A stretch of 64,000 nt of DNA, taken from assembly GCA_030324005.1 (NCBI GenBank), contig JARDVH010000084.1, positions 34,120,917 through 34,184,916 of the forward strand. The letters are read 5' to 3'. Below, piece by piece: positions 1 through 11,300 of the stretch (the first letter of the stretch is position 1; each line of letters begins with the position of its first letter). Made by a program: the position numbers and the translations under genes. The stretch is from Negaprion brevirostris. Its lineage: Eukaryota. The notes beneath the pieces were generated by a model. It was given only the letters and a program-made list of their open reading frames with translations, searched no databases and was not told the DNA's origin.

Positions 1-2225
1 AGTCAGCGCAGTCCAGACCTTAACCACATATGGTGTGAAAAGTTTTTATGTGGTTTTGCTTCTTCTGCCAATTACTTTAAATCTACACCCTGTTGTTTTC
101 GACCCTTTCACCAGTGGGAACAATTCCTCCCCATCTCCTCTGTCTTGATTCCTCACAATCTCACCAGCGGGATTTTCAATTTCCTGATTTTGTCGGATCT
201 TGAATCCCAGCCGGCCATCTCGCAGATGGAGAGTGTGAGATTTTCAGATCTTCACCAGTGCGTACCCTGATGATAAATTTGGAGAGTACCTGACTCTTCC
301 TTTCCCAATTGTTCTGCTGTAGGTAAAATAATACCTCTGAGACTGTTAGTGAGTGAAAATACAGTGGTTTTTATTTCAAAACTCTGGCGTCTATTCCAGA
401 GTTTTGGGAGAAGCAGGGACTACCAGACTTCTCATAGAACACAAACACAAGTGGGTATTTACACATCATGAGTCTTAGTGTCAATCACGACTCAAGTTTC
501 CCATTTCGGCCAGAACTCCGGGTTTTCCTTTCTTGGTCATGATTCAGCCCCAGATTTAATCAGGAATCACAGTCCTGCAGTCANNNNNNNNNNNNNNNNN
601 NNNNNNNNNNNNNNNNNNNNNNNNNNNNNNNNNNNNNNNNNNNNNNNNNNNNNNNNNNNNNNNNNNNNNNNNNNNNNNNNNNNNNNNNNNNNNNNNNNNN
701 NNNNNNNNNNNNNNNNNNNNNNNNNNNNNNNNNNNNNNNNNNNNNNNNNNNNNNNNNNNNNNNNNNNNNNNNNNNNNNNNNNNNNNNNNNNNNNNNNNNN
801 NNNNNNNNNNNNNNNNNNNNNNNNNNNNNNNNNNAAGCATGTAAGACATGAACAAATAACTTATATTACTGCCAGGAGCAGTATAAGCTTGAGAAGATCA
901 GTCATGATGAAAGATTATGTTTGTGACATATTCTAGGTACAAAATCCATTAACCGTTTCCCTACTTCAGTTCCAAATATATTTTTGATTCAACATCTTTG
1001 TCTCTGTTTTTTACAGAGATTAAGCTGCATATTTTGAGATGCTTTGCATCTAAGCCATACACACCTAGGGTGTCATCTGATGATGAGGTTCAGCATCAAT
1101 CAGGGAGCTGAATCAAAGTCAGGAGTTAAGCCAAAATTGGTGTTAAGGTAGCCAAATGGAATAATTTCAAAACTTTATTAAACACTGATGTTTTGCCATG
1201 GCTTTGCTCACAATAAGTGGCCTTCAGATGCTCCATACATTTCTCATCAAGCATCTGCCACTACACCCAACAATTCCCCTGTCTTCCAAGCAGATTCAGA
1301 GAAGAGGCCTATCAAATTATTGCATTTCCTTCCACTCCCAATATTTGCTACCTTCCTTCCATTCTCAAACCCAAGGTGCAGCACTGATGAAATAAAATGA
1401 AATGTCTTTAATTTTCTTTCAGCCATAGTGAGTTTGGAAATATATTTTTTAAATGTTATGCTGAATGAACTTAATATATTTTCACAGTATTGCAGCCCGA
1501 GGAGCAGAAGTAGGGCTGAATCCTAAAATGAAACATAACATAAAGATAAACTTGGGTTGATGAACAGATGAAATGCACAGTTTGTGAAGTGGAGGGAGAA
1601 CCTCTATTGTAGTGGTAACAATCTAGAAAAAAATCACTTTCAACGAAAAATGTTGGTAGTTGTTTTGTCTCTTCCAATTGGTAAGAATTGTGATATGTGT
1701 TAGCTGATTGAAGACTGGGCTTTCACACTTCATAATTTATTGGTTGACAGTAATATCAATGAAAATTATTAAACCAACGAAATACAAAAAAAAAACGGTN
1801 NNNNNNNNNNNNNNNNNNNNNNNNNNNNNNNNNNNNNNNNNNNNNNNNNNNNNNNNNNNNNNNNNNNNNNNNNNNNNNNNNNNNNNNNNNNNNNNNNNNC
1901 GGTGCAGGTCCAAAATCCACTGCAAGTTGAAACCAGTTACATGGATTGGCATTACTGATTGACACTTGCCTTGCAATGAAGGTCAGCTATTTATTACACC
2001 AATCCTTAAAGGCAGGCCTCCAATCATGAACTGTGCACCTCGATGTATTTTTGTATTTGGAGGATAAATAATAAGGAAGAAATATTAACCATCTTTGTTA
2101 TTTGTAATCAAATATCAGAAAGTAAATACATCTGACTATGTATAAATACGCCTCAATATTATTATCTTTTTAGTCAAATAAATAAAGCCTGATGAATAAC
2201 TACAATCTAACATGTTTATTCTTAG

Positions 2226-2306
2226 ATGAGCTCTCGCCACTGGAGGAGCAAAATAGAGAACAAACCTTAGCAAGTTTGGAAAGATTTATTCGTAAAGAAT
2301 TCGATG
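2226..2306 (+). CDS. TUT4: TUT4 exon ([27 protein letters not shown])
   Basis: ttcttag|...g|gtaatt, 81 nt, phase 1-1. Confidence 0.9.
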
Positions 2307-5300
2307 GTAATTTCCAGAATTTTGATGCATCACACAAAATCCCATTTACTAATGCAATACTTCTGCCACCCAGTCTTGGCCACATTCTTAGAGTATATAA
2401 AAATATATAACTGGTCAATTTTATTATAAAAATTATTACAAAGGCATCGCTCATGTCACCTTTGTGAATTTGTCCACTTGGAAGTAGAGGTAAAAACTTT
2501 GGATCAAACAGTGGAATTGCTTGATGGGCTAAATAATCTTCCTCATCTCTAACTTGTGACGTTGTGTCCTAAATCTGAAATTATGTGCAGCAACTTTAGA
2601 ACAGATAGTAGTCGAAACATTTTCACACAGAAGTTATAAATCTATGAATGCACTATTAAACCTAATGATTGAGGTAGAGGCAATGCCAGCATGTGATGGT
2701 ACATTAAATAACTGATTGAAGTAGAATGGAATAAAAGAATATGGGAGTAATCCAGTGAAATTAGGACTGTTGTTGTTACAGATGATAAACGCTAATACAG
2801 ACTGGGCCAAGTGGTTTGTTTCTGTGTTCTTAAATCTATAACTCCTGCACCTTTTCCTAATGATCTTCTGACCTTTGCTACCTCTCCCTTCTCATACCAC
2901 TGGTTTACGCTCCACTCTATAGATCTCTGATCCTTCCACTTGGCATTCTTCTTCCACAACCTCCTATTCCGCCTGCTTCTGGTGCTCTTTGTCTCCATTC
3001 CTCTACCAGCTCCACTCTGTCCCTCACCTCGGCTCTCTTTTCACTCCTGCTCCAACCTTTTCTCCCCCACCTTGCTCTCTCTTGTCTCCTGTTTTGCTGT
3101 CTCTTCTCCCCATCTCATTTCTCCCACTTCCTCCTCCTCTCTCTCTCTGAAAAGTTTGGAAGGTGTTTGAGGCAGGAGATTGTGACTGCAACTAAAGCAG
3201 GTAACAGAACACAGAGATCAGGAATGTCAGCCTCTGCAATTGCTTAACAGGTTTGACATTATTTCAGCTTGTTTGGTTGAGAGTAGGGACTGCAGTGTGG
3301 ATGAGCTACCTGACCATGGCATTATGGTACAGGAAATCATTCATGTGGCTGGGGGAGCACAAAGGAATGATAATCAGGGGGATTGACACTCCTCTCCAGC
3401 AAAGACCAAGAGCCCCAGATGGCCATGTTGCCTGCCCAGTGTCATGGCTTGGGATATCTGCTCGGGGCTGGAGCGGAACTTGCAGTGTGAATGGAGAGAT
3501 CCAGTTATCTTTGTCCATTTAGGTACCAATGACATAGGCAGGATGAGCAGCTATCACTAAATTAAGAACAGACCTCAAAGTTAAAAATTTCTAGATTATT
3601 ACCTGAGCTACATGCAAATTGACACGCAGAAAACTGATTAGAGAAAAGACTGGTGTGGGAGAAGTGGGTTCAGCTCATGTGGCACTGGCATCAGTATTGG
3701 AAAATGTGAAATCTATACCTTCAGGACAATCTACATCTGAACCATGCTGGAGCTGTTATTCTTGAAAGCCCCATAACTGGGGAAGCAGAGAGGATTTTAA
3801 ACCAAGTAGTGGGACAGGGGGGGAATCAAATTTGGTAAATGAAAGAGTAGAAATAATGCATGAGAGAAAAGTACTAATATGGGAAATGATGAACAGACTA
3901 TGAAGGGAAGGGACAGAGAATTCAAATTTGAGATTAAATCAGCAGATAATGCTAGATGTTACAAAAANNNNNNNNNNNNNNNNNNNNNNNNNNNNNNNNN
4001 NNNNNNNNNNNNNNNNNNNNNNNNNNNNNNNNNNNNNNNNNNNNNNNNNNNNNNNNNNNNNNNNNNNCAGCAGATAATGCTAGACCTACAAAAATAATAA
4101 AAAGGACAAAATTAAAGGCCCTGAATCTAAATGCATGTAGCATTCAAAACAAAAGAGATTAACTAATAGCACAAATAGAAATCGTAGTCTTGTGTTGCCT
4201 TGAATATAGAAGAGTAATGAGTGATCAAATGAGGTGTTTAAAATTATCAAGAAGATTGATAGGGTATTTGGAGAAAAAACTACTTTCACTGTTGGTGGAA
4301 TCCAGAACAGAGAAGTATAACCTAAAAATTAGATCTGTTCATCAGAGGGACATCAGGGAATTCTTATTCACACAAAGGATAATGGAAACCTGCAGTTCTT
4401 CATCTCTGTGCCCTTTCAGATCCTCTACAAAGTGCAGTTGAAGGCTAGGCTAATTGCAAATTCCAAAACAGATTGATAGGTTTTTTTTTAAAGAGTTACA
4501 GAGCCAAGGTGAATTGATGGAGTTAAGGTGCAAATTGAATGATGGTGGAACAGGACCAAGTGGCTGAATGTCCTCCTGCTGTTCCTGTGTTAACCTCTGG
4601 ACCCAACTGAGATGTCATCTGCTGAAATTTTCTCTTCTCTATTCTCATCCTCCTCATTGTTTCTCTCCTTTTCTTACTTTCTCGGTTCCCTTCTCCCATT
4701 TCCCCTCCCCTTGGTTCTCCCTTGCTCTTTCATTTCTCCCCCTCTTCCCCCTCCTTTATAACACTATCCAATTCCTTCTTCACCTCCCCCTTTTTTTTGC
4801 AGCATTGTTGGATACTACCAGTTTCGGATATGACTAATATTTATACATAATCTTTTTTTGAGTACAGACAAGGCAAGACTATGTTTGTTTGGATCATCTA
4901 AGAATGGATTTGGATTTCGTGATAGCGACCTGGACATATGCATGACTTTGGAAGGCCATGAGACTGCAGAGGTGAGATTTGTTTTCAGGGTGAAAAAGCA
5001 ATTGAATTGTGAATTGAAGGGAGGTGACCAGGTTGGACTGGCACAGGGCTGTCCAAGGAAACGGAGCTCGGAGTGCCAATAATGCCGCATCGCAGAACAA
5101 ATTCAGTCTAAAGTTGATATTCAATATTTTTTAAAAACTGGCTGATTGTTTGTCTCTGTCATCAGTTAACAAGCCCATTGGGCACCTATCACAGACAATC
5201 AGATAGCTCGTGGAAATAACATTGTTGTATTGGCATCAACGTTTTTTTTCAATAGAATTGCTATTTGTATATTTGAGATCATATAGCTCTCACAATGAAC

Positions 5301-8300
5301 TTGTCATTTATCATTGCTACATTTATAAAATCATGTCCTATCCTTAGGACAGAATTTTCACTCCTATAGAAGGTGGATAGCCAGTTAAGGTGAGTGAATA
5401 GCCAACTAAGGCCACTTACCTGAGGTCAAATTGGGGCCCCAAGGTGGAAGGAATGAGGCCAAGTGCCTGTAGGCAGCTTCCCAATGGCACCTTCTCCATG
5501 GGAGACTGAGGAGCTAGTGCAGATTTTGAGGCTGTCTGCATTGCCTGGCTTTAGCTCCAGTCACAGATCACCCTGTTCTCTATCCACAATGCTGTGGCCA
5601 TTTTTTATTTTAAGAGCTTTAAAAGTTACCCAGGGTGTCTTTTTTTTGTATTGTTTGAGGTTAAAGAATCCTTGTTAGTCTCCTGTGAAGGTACAGTCAG
5701 ATGATGTATCCTGGGAAAGACTGTGTTTTATTGTCATGGCACCTCTGGCATAGCTGGAGTTGGGAGAAATAAGTTGGTGCACACCAGATCATGGTCGGGG
5801 ACCGTTGGATACCTAGCCTTTTTTGAGTTAGTTTCCTATACTTTCCTGCACGGATTATGACAGTGGCTACTTGGTAATTGGACTCTTGGAATGTACTGTG
5901 AGCATGTTATCCTGTTAGGAGGAGATTCATGTCCTCTCCAAGGTATCCTGACTGTGGACGTATGGCCAATTCCTTTTCCTCTTGCTAGGGTTTCGTTGGG
6001 GGGGGGGGGGGGGNNNNNNNNNNNNNNNNNNNNNNNNNNNNNNNNNNNNNNNNNNNNNNNNNNNNNNNNNNNNNNNNNNNNNNNNNNNNNNNNNNNNNNN
6101 NNNNNNNNNNNNNNNNNNNNNNNNNNNNNNNNNNNNNNNNNNNNNNNNNNNNNNNNNNNNNNNNNNNNNNNNNNNNNNNNNNNNNNGTAGCAGAGAATAT
6201 ACCAGGTGCGTGAGTAAGCTCACCCCAAGTTGTCCCCTTTTGGGGACTTTTGGACAACTCCCCTTCCAGAGGTTTAAGTTCCCCTGGGTGGGTGGTATCC
6301 TGTTGTTTGCGAGAACTGAGTGTCAGCCCAGATTCTGGGGCTCCACATTATCTGACCTTCTCCTATGAGGTTGTGTAGCTCTGTTCTGTGTGCACAGTCA
6401 AATGACGCTTTATGTCTATAGTCTTAACTTGTGTTCCTCTTTCTCTGAAGTTTCCTTTTGTTATCTGGGTCAGTGGAGTGCTGATAAAGGCTCCGATTTA
6501 TTATCATAGAAATCATCATAGAAACCCTACAGTACAGGCTTCCATTTGATCCCACAGGGTTTCCCTCATGTCAGGAGGAGAGGATTGTATCTCCCCCAGA
6601 TATCCTGTCTGTGGGTGTCTTGTCCATTCTTCTGGTTGGTGAGGAATAGGTTAAATTTTCAAGCTGATGATGGAGCTTAAGGGGCATTTCTGGCGTGGCT
6701 GGAGATGAGTGAGGCTTATTTTGTGGTAAACCCAAATGTGGTGCGAGAAACCTTGGCTTACTGGTTCTTTCATCTTGTCAATATCCCTTATTTTGTTTGA
6801 CTCTACGAGTAACAGCTATTTTGAAAATTCATTCTTAGAAGTGTGGAGATTATATTATCGGTTTAGGTCTCCCTAATATAAGGTATCCTGTTATTCATAG
6901 GGTCCAGGGTAAATTTAGATACCTGGGTTCTGTTTTATCTGTACTTTTCCAGTGAGGCTGTGTAGCACTGCTGCTGTTATCCTGTATGTGAGAATGTATA
7001 CCACCAAGGCCAAGTGTTTGGTTTGGGACTGTATCCTAATATTGCCCTCTTTCTGGGCTATCCCTTCATTGTTCAGAGGTTTTGGTCCACTGCTTTAGGC
7101 TCTGATTGGTTTTATCTGACCTGTAGGGACTCACTTATGCAATATAGCTCAGTCCTTGTTATCCTGTGGACGAGAGTGTGCAGCATTGTGCCACGTGCTC
7201 ATGGCTTTATCCTGATATCCCCCATATTGTATACTATCCTTTTGTTATCTGTACGAAGGGAGGTGCTGATTACAATGATCATAACAAATTGTAATTGATA
7301 ATTGATATTCCAAACCAATAGTAATGATACTTGCCTGTCTTTTCTGTATGTATATGTGGAAAATTGATTATGCTGTGTTGTATAAATCCTTGAAAATTTG
7401 TTGCGTTGTTTTGAAAAACGGGGGAAAAAGATCTTGACAATGTCTTTTTTTAAAAAAAATTACCAGGTGGTACATCAAGCTGGAGGCACCTTCTGTAACT
7501 CTATCCGCTGAAATGGCAGGTGCAGTTCCTTCTCCAGGCTTTCTATTGGCCCTTCAGCTTTTGAGAATGGGAATTGGACAGTGAGCGTGTCCTCTGACTG
7601 CTAATTGGCCAGAACATGGAAAATCACTATTGGTTAATTGTTTCCCACACAGTGTGGGGCAGTGGCCCCCATTTCACCCTAGCGTCAAGCTCCAACCTGA
7701 AACCCAAAATCCTATCCCTATACTGTGTTAATAAATTAACCTCTAATTTCCTTGCCAAATTCCCATTTGAATTATATCCTTGAATTTGTTCATGTGCTTG
7801 TATGATTGCACCAAATTAAATTCAGTCATACGTTTTATTTCTAAATCATGTTTAAACTTAGTTCAAATTCTCACACCATCATTGTGGGATTTAAACTCTT
7901 GTTCTCTGAATTAGATCAGACCTCTGGATTGCTAGACTATTAGTGCAACCACTACACTTCATTGAACTTAGTTATAAGGTTAATTTTGAGAATGGTAGTC
8001 TATTCTTCAGTGCAGCAGAATTTTCTAATGAAACAGCTAACAGAGCAAAATTGCCCTGGTAAAAATTCATATTTCCCAGTTAATTGATGGATTTGCATTT
8101 CTTTTTATAGAGTAATATATATGATATTGAATTTCCCCAAACATCTCAATGTTTTAGAGTGCTGGCTTTCTTTCCTTGTTGGCACATTAGACTGGTGATT
8201 AAGAACAATCAGAGAGTGCTTGTTTTGTAGAGAACCTTTTATATCACCATGGAGTGCTGCTGCTTCCACCCAGCAATTCTAAAGTAAGATGAACAAATGA

Positions 8301-11300
8301 GTGAGACCAAACACGGGCTTATTTCTCTTTATTTATCATTTTAGACAGTTGTCCTTACAGCCATTTTTCAACAAACTGTAAAATTGTTCTGCGGGTATTT
8401 AAAATGTGCCTACTGTATCACACATTGGCTCAGTGGCTCCATGTGGTTACTTACACAAGATGGAAACTTTTGACTTCAAGCTTTAGCAATGGATGTGAGT
8501 TCATATTTGTTGCTAAAACTGCTGAAGTATAATGTTAGTGGCATATTACATTGTTGGAAACACCGTTCTGTGCACATGCTATCTCTGCCTCTCCTGTGGA
8601 CAGTAAAGATTCTGAAAAATTCTTCTTCAGGATCTTAATTTTTCCTTACCCAAGGCATTCTCCCAGACCCAATTGTTAATCAGTTATTCACCTTAGACCA
8701 ACCTGGTGAAATACTTGACCACGCCAATAGATATTTGTCAAACAACTCAATAGGGGTATTGAATTGATTTATACTGATTTTTACAAGTGCGTGGGCAGGC
8801 TATCAAGCATTTGAATGAAACTTATACAAGTAACCAACATGTAATGTACCTGTTAGTCATNNNNNNNNNNNNNNNNNNNNNNNNNNNNNNNNNNNNNNNN
8901 NNNNNNNNNNNNNNNNNNNNNNNNNNNNNNNNNNNNNNNNNNNNNNNNNNNNNNNNNNNNCTCAAGTTTATGTATTCTAATATAAGACGGTATAAAGCAA
9001 TTTTGTATTTTAGTCACTCTTAAGTCCCTTGTTCAAGCATATCATCTTAGATTACCATGATCGCCAAGGCAGTACATCTTGAAATTATAACCATCCTTAA
9101 GAAAATGGGCTACTTTTAATAAAACTGTAAGGTGATCTAATTAAAATTTATACAAAAGTCGAATTTGCTTGTGAAATGAATTTCTCATAAATACTTGTTA
9201 TTCCAGTAATGACTTTGTGTTACAAGAGATTTTTCATAGAAAAACAAATAGTGGCATAGGAGATTCATTGTGAAAATAGTTATGTCTTCTGACTGTTAAA
9301 CCTTACTTTGTTGCATCACTGAAACATTGCATTACAGGGTGATGAAACTCTTGACTATGATAATACTGAACAATAAATGTGGTTGCACAAGTTGCATATA
9401 TTTATTAAATGGGACAAGTTGATAGTATTTTGGAGCACGATGCATCAATTATATCTGTTAAAGTCAGTGAATATTCTTCTTTTGCTTTAAACTTGCTTGT
9501 CTCATTTTAAAAATGCATTAATTTCTTACAGAAACTCAATTGTAAAGAAATAATTGAAGGTCTGGCAAAAGTTCTCAAGAAGCATCCAGGTAAGTGCTTT
9601 GTTTCTTTTTCTTAAGGTGGTATGAACATTTTTTACATACATTTATACTTTGTATACACACAGAACGCTATCATTTCAAGACATAATTGATCATGTAGCT
9701 GGAACAAGATAGTTTAAAAAACCTGGCTGAATTCCAAATCCTGGTCCCTTGGGTGGCTCTATTAGTGAGGTTAAAATTTTAACACGCTCACCAGAAAATG
9801 TCCGATTTCTTGGGCCAGATTTGGGAATTTTGCCATTTTTTAATTCATTGGTCATTTTCTTCATATCTTTTGTTGTTAGGTCTTCATAATAGTTGCCATT
9901 AATTTGCACCATTGGTGCTTTGACACAGGCACCCAGACGCTCCACCTCTGTGGCAGTGAAAAGTACGTCACCAGACTTTTTTGTGATAGATGTTACAAAA
10001 ATCTACACAACCACACCATACACGCTTTGTTAAGAGTNNNNNNNNNNNNNNNNNNNNNNNNNNNNNNNNNNNNNNNNNNNNNNNNNNNNNNNNNNNNNNN
10101 NNNNNNNNNNNNNNTGACCAACCTTATTCATGGCAGAGATAGGTAGCCGACCATGTTGTCTCTGAGTCAGATCTAGCACTGGGATTACAGCAGCTGATTT
10201 ATGCCCTTCAGGATAAACATCTAGTCACTTATCATTTTCTGGTGTGAAATCAAATGATGTATCTGGATTGTTATTAGGGTATCCCTTTGCACAAGCGAGG
10301 CTGTATACTTCCTGTTGCACACTGAGCTGTCCTTTGCTCTGGACGGATGTGTCTCAGCGAATGTGAGACGGCAGAGCGGTACAGGCCTGACATTAACATG
10401 GTGATGGAGTGCATGTAAACCATAAAGAATATTAAACGTTTGAAGAAATGACCTTCATAATTTCATTAGTGAGGTCTTTTAATTTTTTTGGAAAACCTGC
10501 ATTTTATTTGCATGAGGAGTGTATTGTTTTTCAGTTTGTGTTGTATTCATGTTTTAAATAACAGGATCAATCATTACACTAAAGAAAGCATTTTAGCAAT
10601 TTGTGCTCAGCAATAAACATCTCCTATTTTGATAGGTTTGAGAAACATCTTGCCCATAACAACAGCTAAAGTGCCTATTGTAAAATTTGAACACCGACAG
10701 AGTGGATTGGAAGGAGATATCAGCTTATACAACACTTTGGTAAGGAAATCTGGAAGCTTTTCTTGCAGATATACCTGGGTCCATGTTAAGTATAAAAATC
10801 TGTAGTTAGAACAAAAATTGTATATTGTTTAGTAAGTTATTAAAAAATTNNNNNNNNNNAATGTAAACATGTTTTGTATGTGTAGGTTTATGTAATGTGA
10901 ACTTAGTATTTGATCTGTGATGTTGCAAGACTGCCAGTAATAACACTACATTTTACAGGCCCAGCATAACACAAGGATGTTGGCGACATATGCTGCTATT
11001 GATCCTCGAGTAAGATATTTGGGATACACCATGAAGGTGTTTGCCAAGGTAAATTTACAATATTGTTTGCAAGTATTTGTCATTGATTTATCCCATTCAT
11101 TGCATTTGGCCAGGTATTGTGCTGCATTGTTTCGTTTGTATTCAGATTAGAGTAAAAAGTAGGGGTAAGTGGTTGATTTACCACATGAACTGTGCTGTAG
11201 CATCAGACCAGTCTTACACCATGTTTCCCTACAATGAGAATTGCCAATTTTGACTACCTCATCAGGGGAAGGCAAAGAATGCAAATTTGGCATTGCCAGA

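Noticed and set aside
478-936. Long ORFs here and at 5891-6368, 32598-33122, 47515-47865, 50734-51108 and 52715-53307
   Set aside because: They are open only because they run through N gaps, or are antisense to real exons.
3947-4097. CAGCAGATAATGCTAGA repeated on both sides of a 100-N gap; a similar repeat abuts the gap near 47572-47618
   Set aside because: Typical unmerged contig overlap or haplotype artefact.
2860-4800. CT-rich tracts at 2860-3150 and 4625-4800
   Set aside because: Low-complexity sequence flanking a CR1 insertion, with no clear mirror repeat or coding signal.
9691-9945. 84-aa NDUFV2-like ORF as a functional gene
   Set aside because: It has no true ATG, the upstream part has a stop and frameshifts, Fe-S cysteines are lost, and the stop region is frameshifted.
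11254-11261. let-7 8-mer site CTACCTCA in TUT4 (tempting feedback loop)
   Set aside because: It is intronic and single, which is compatible with chance in 64 kb; none was seen in the 3' UTR.
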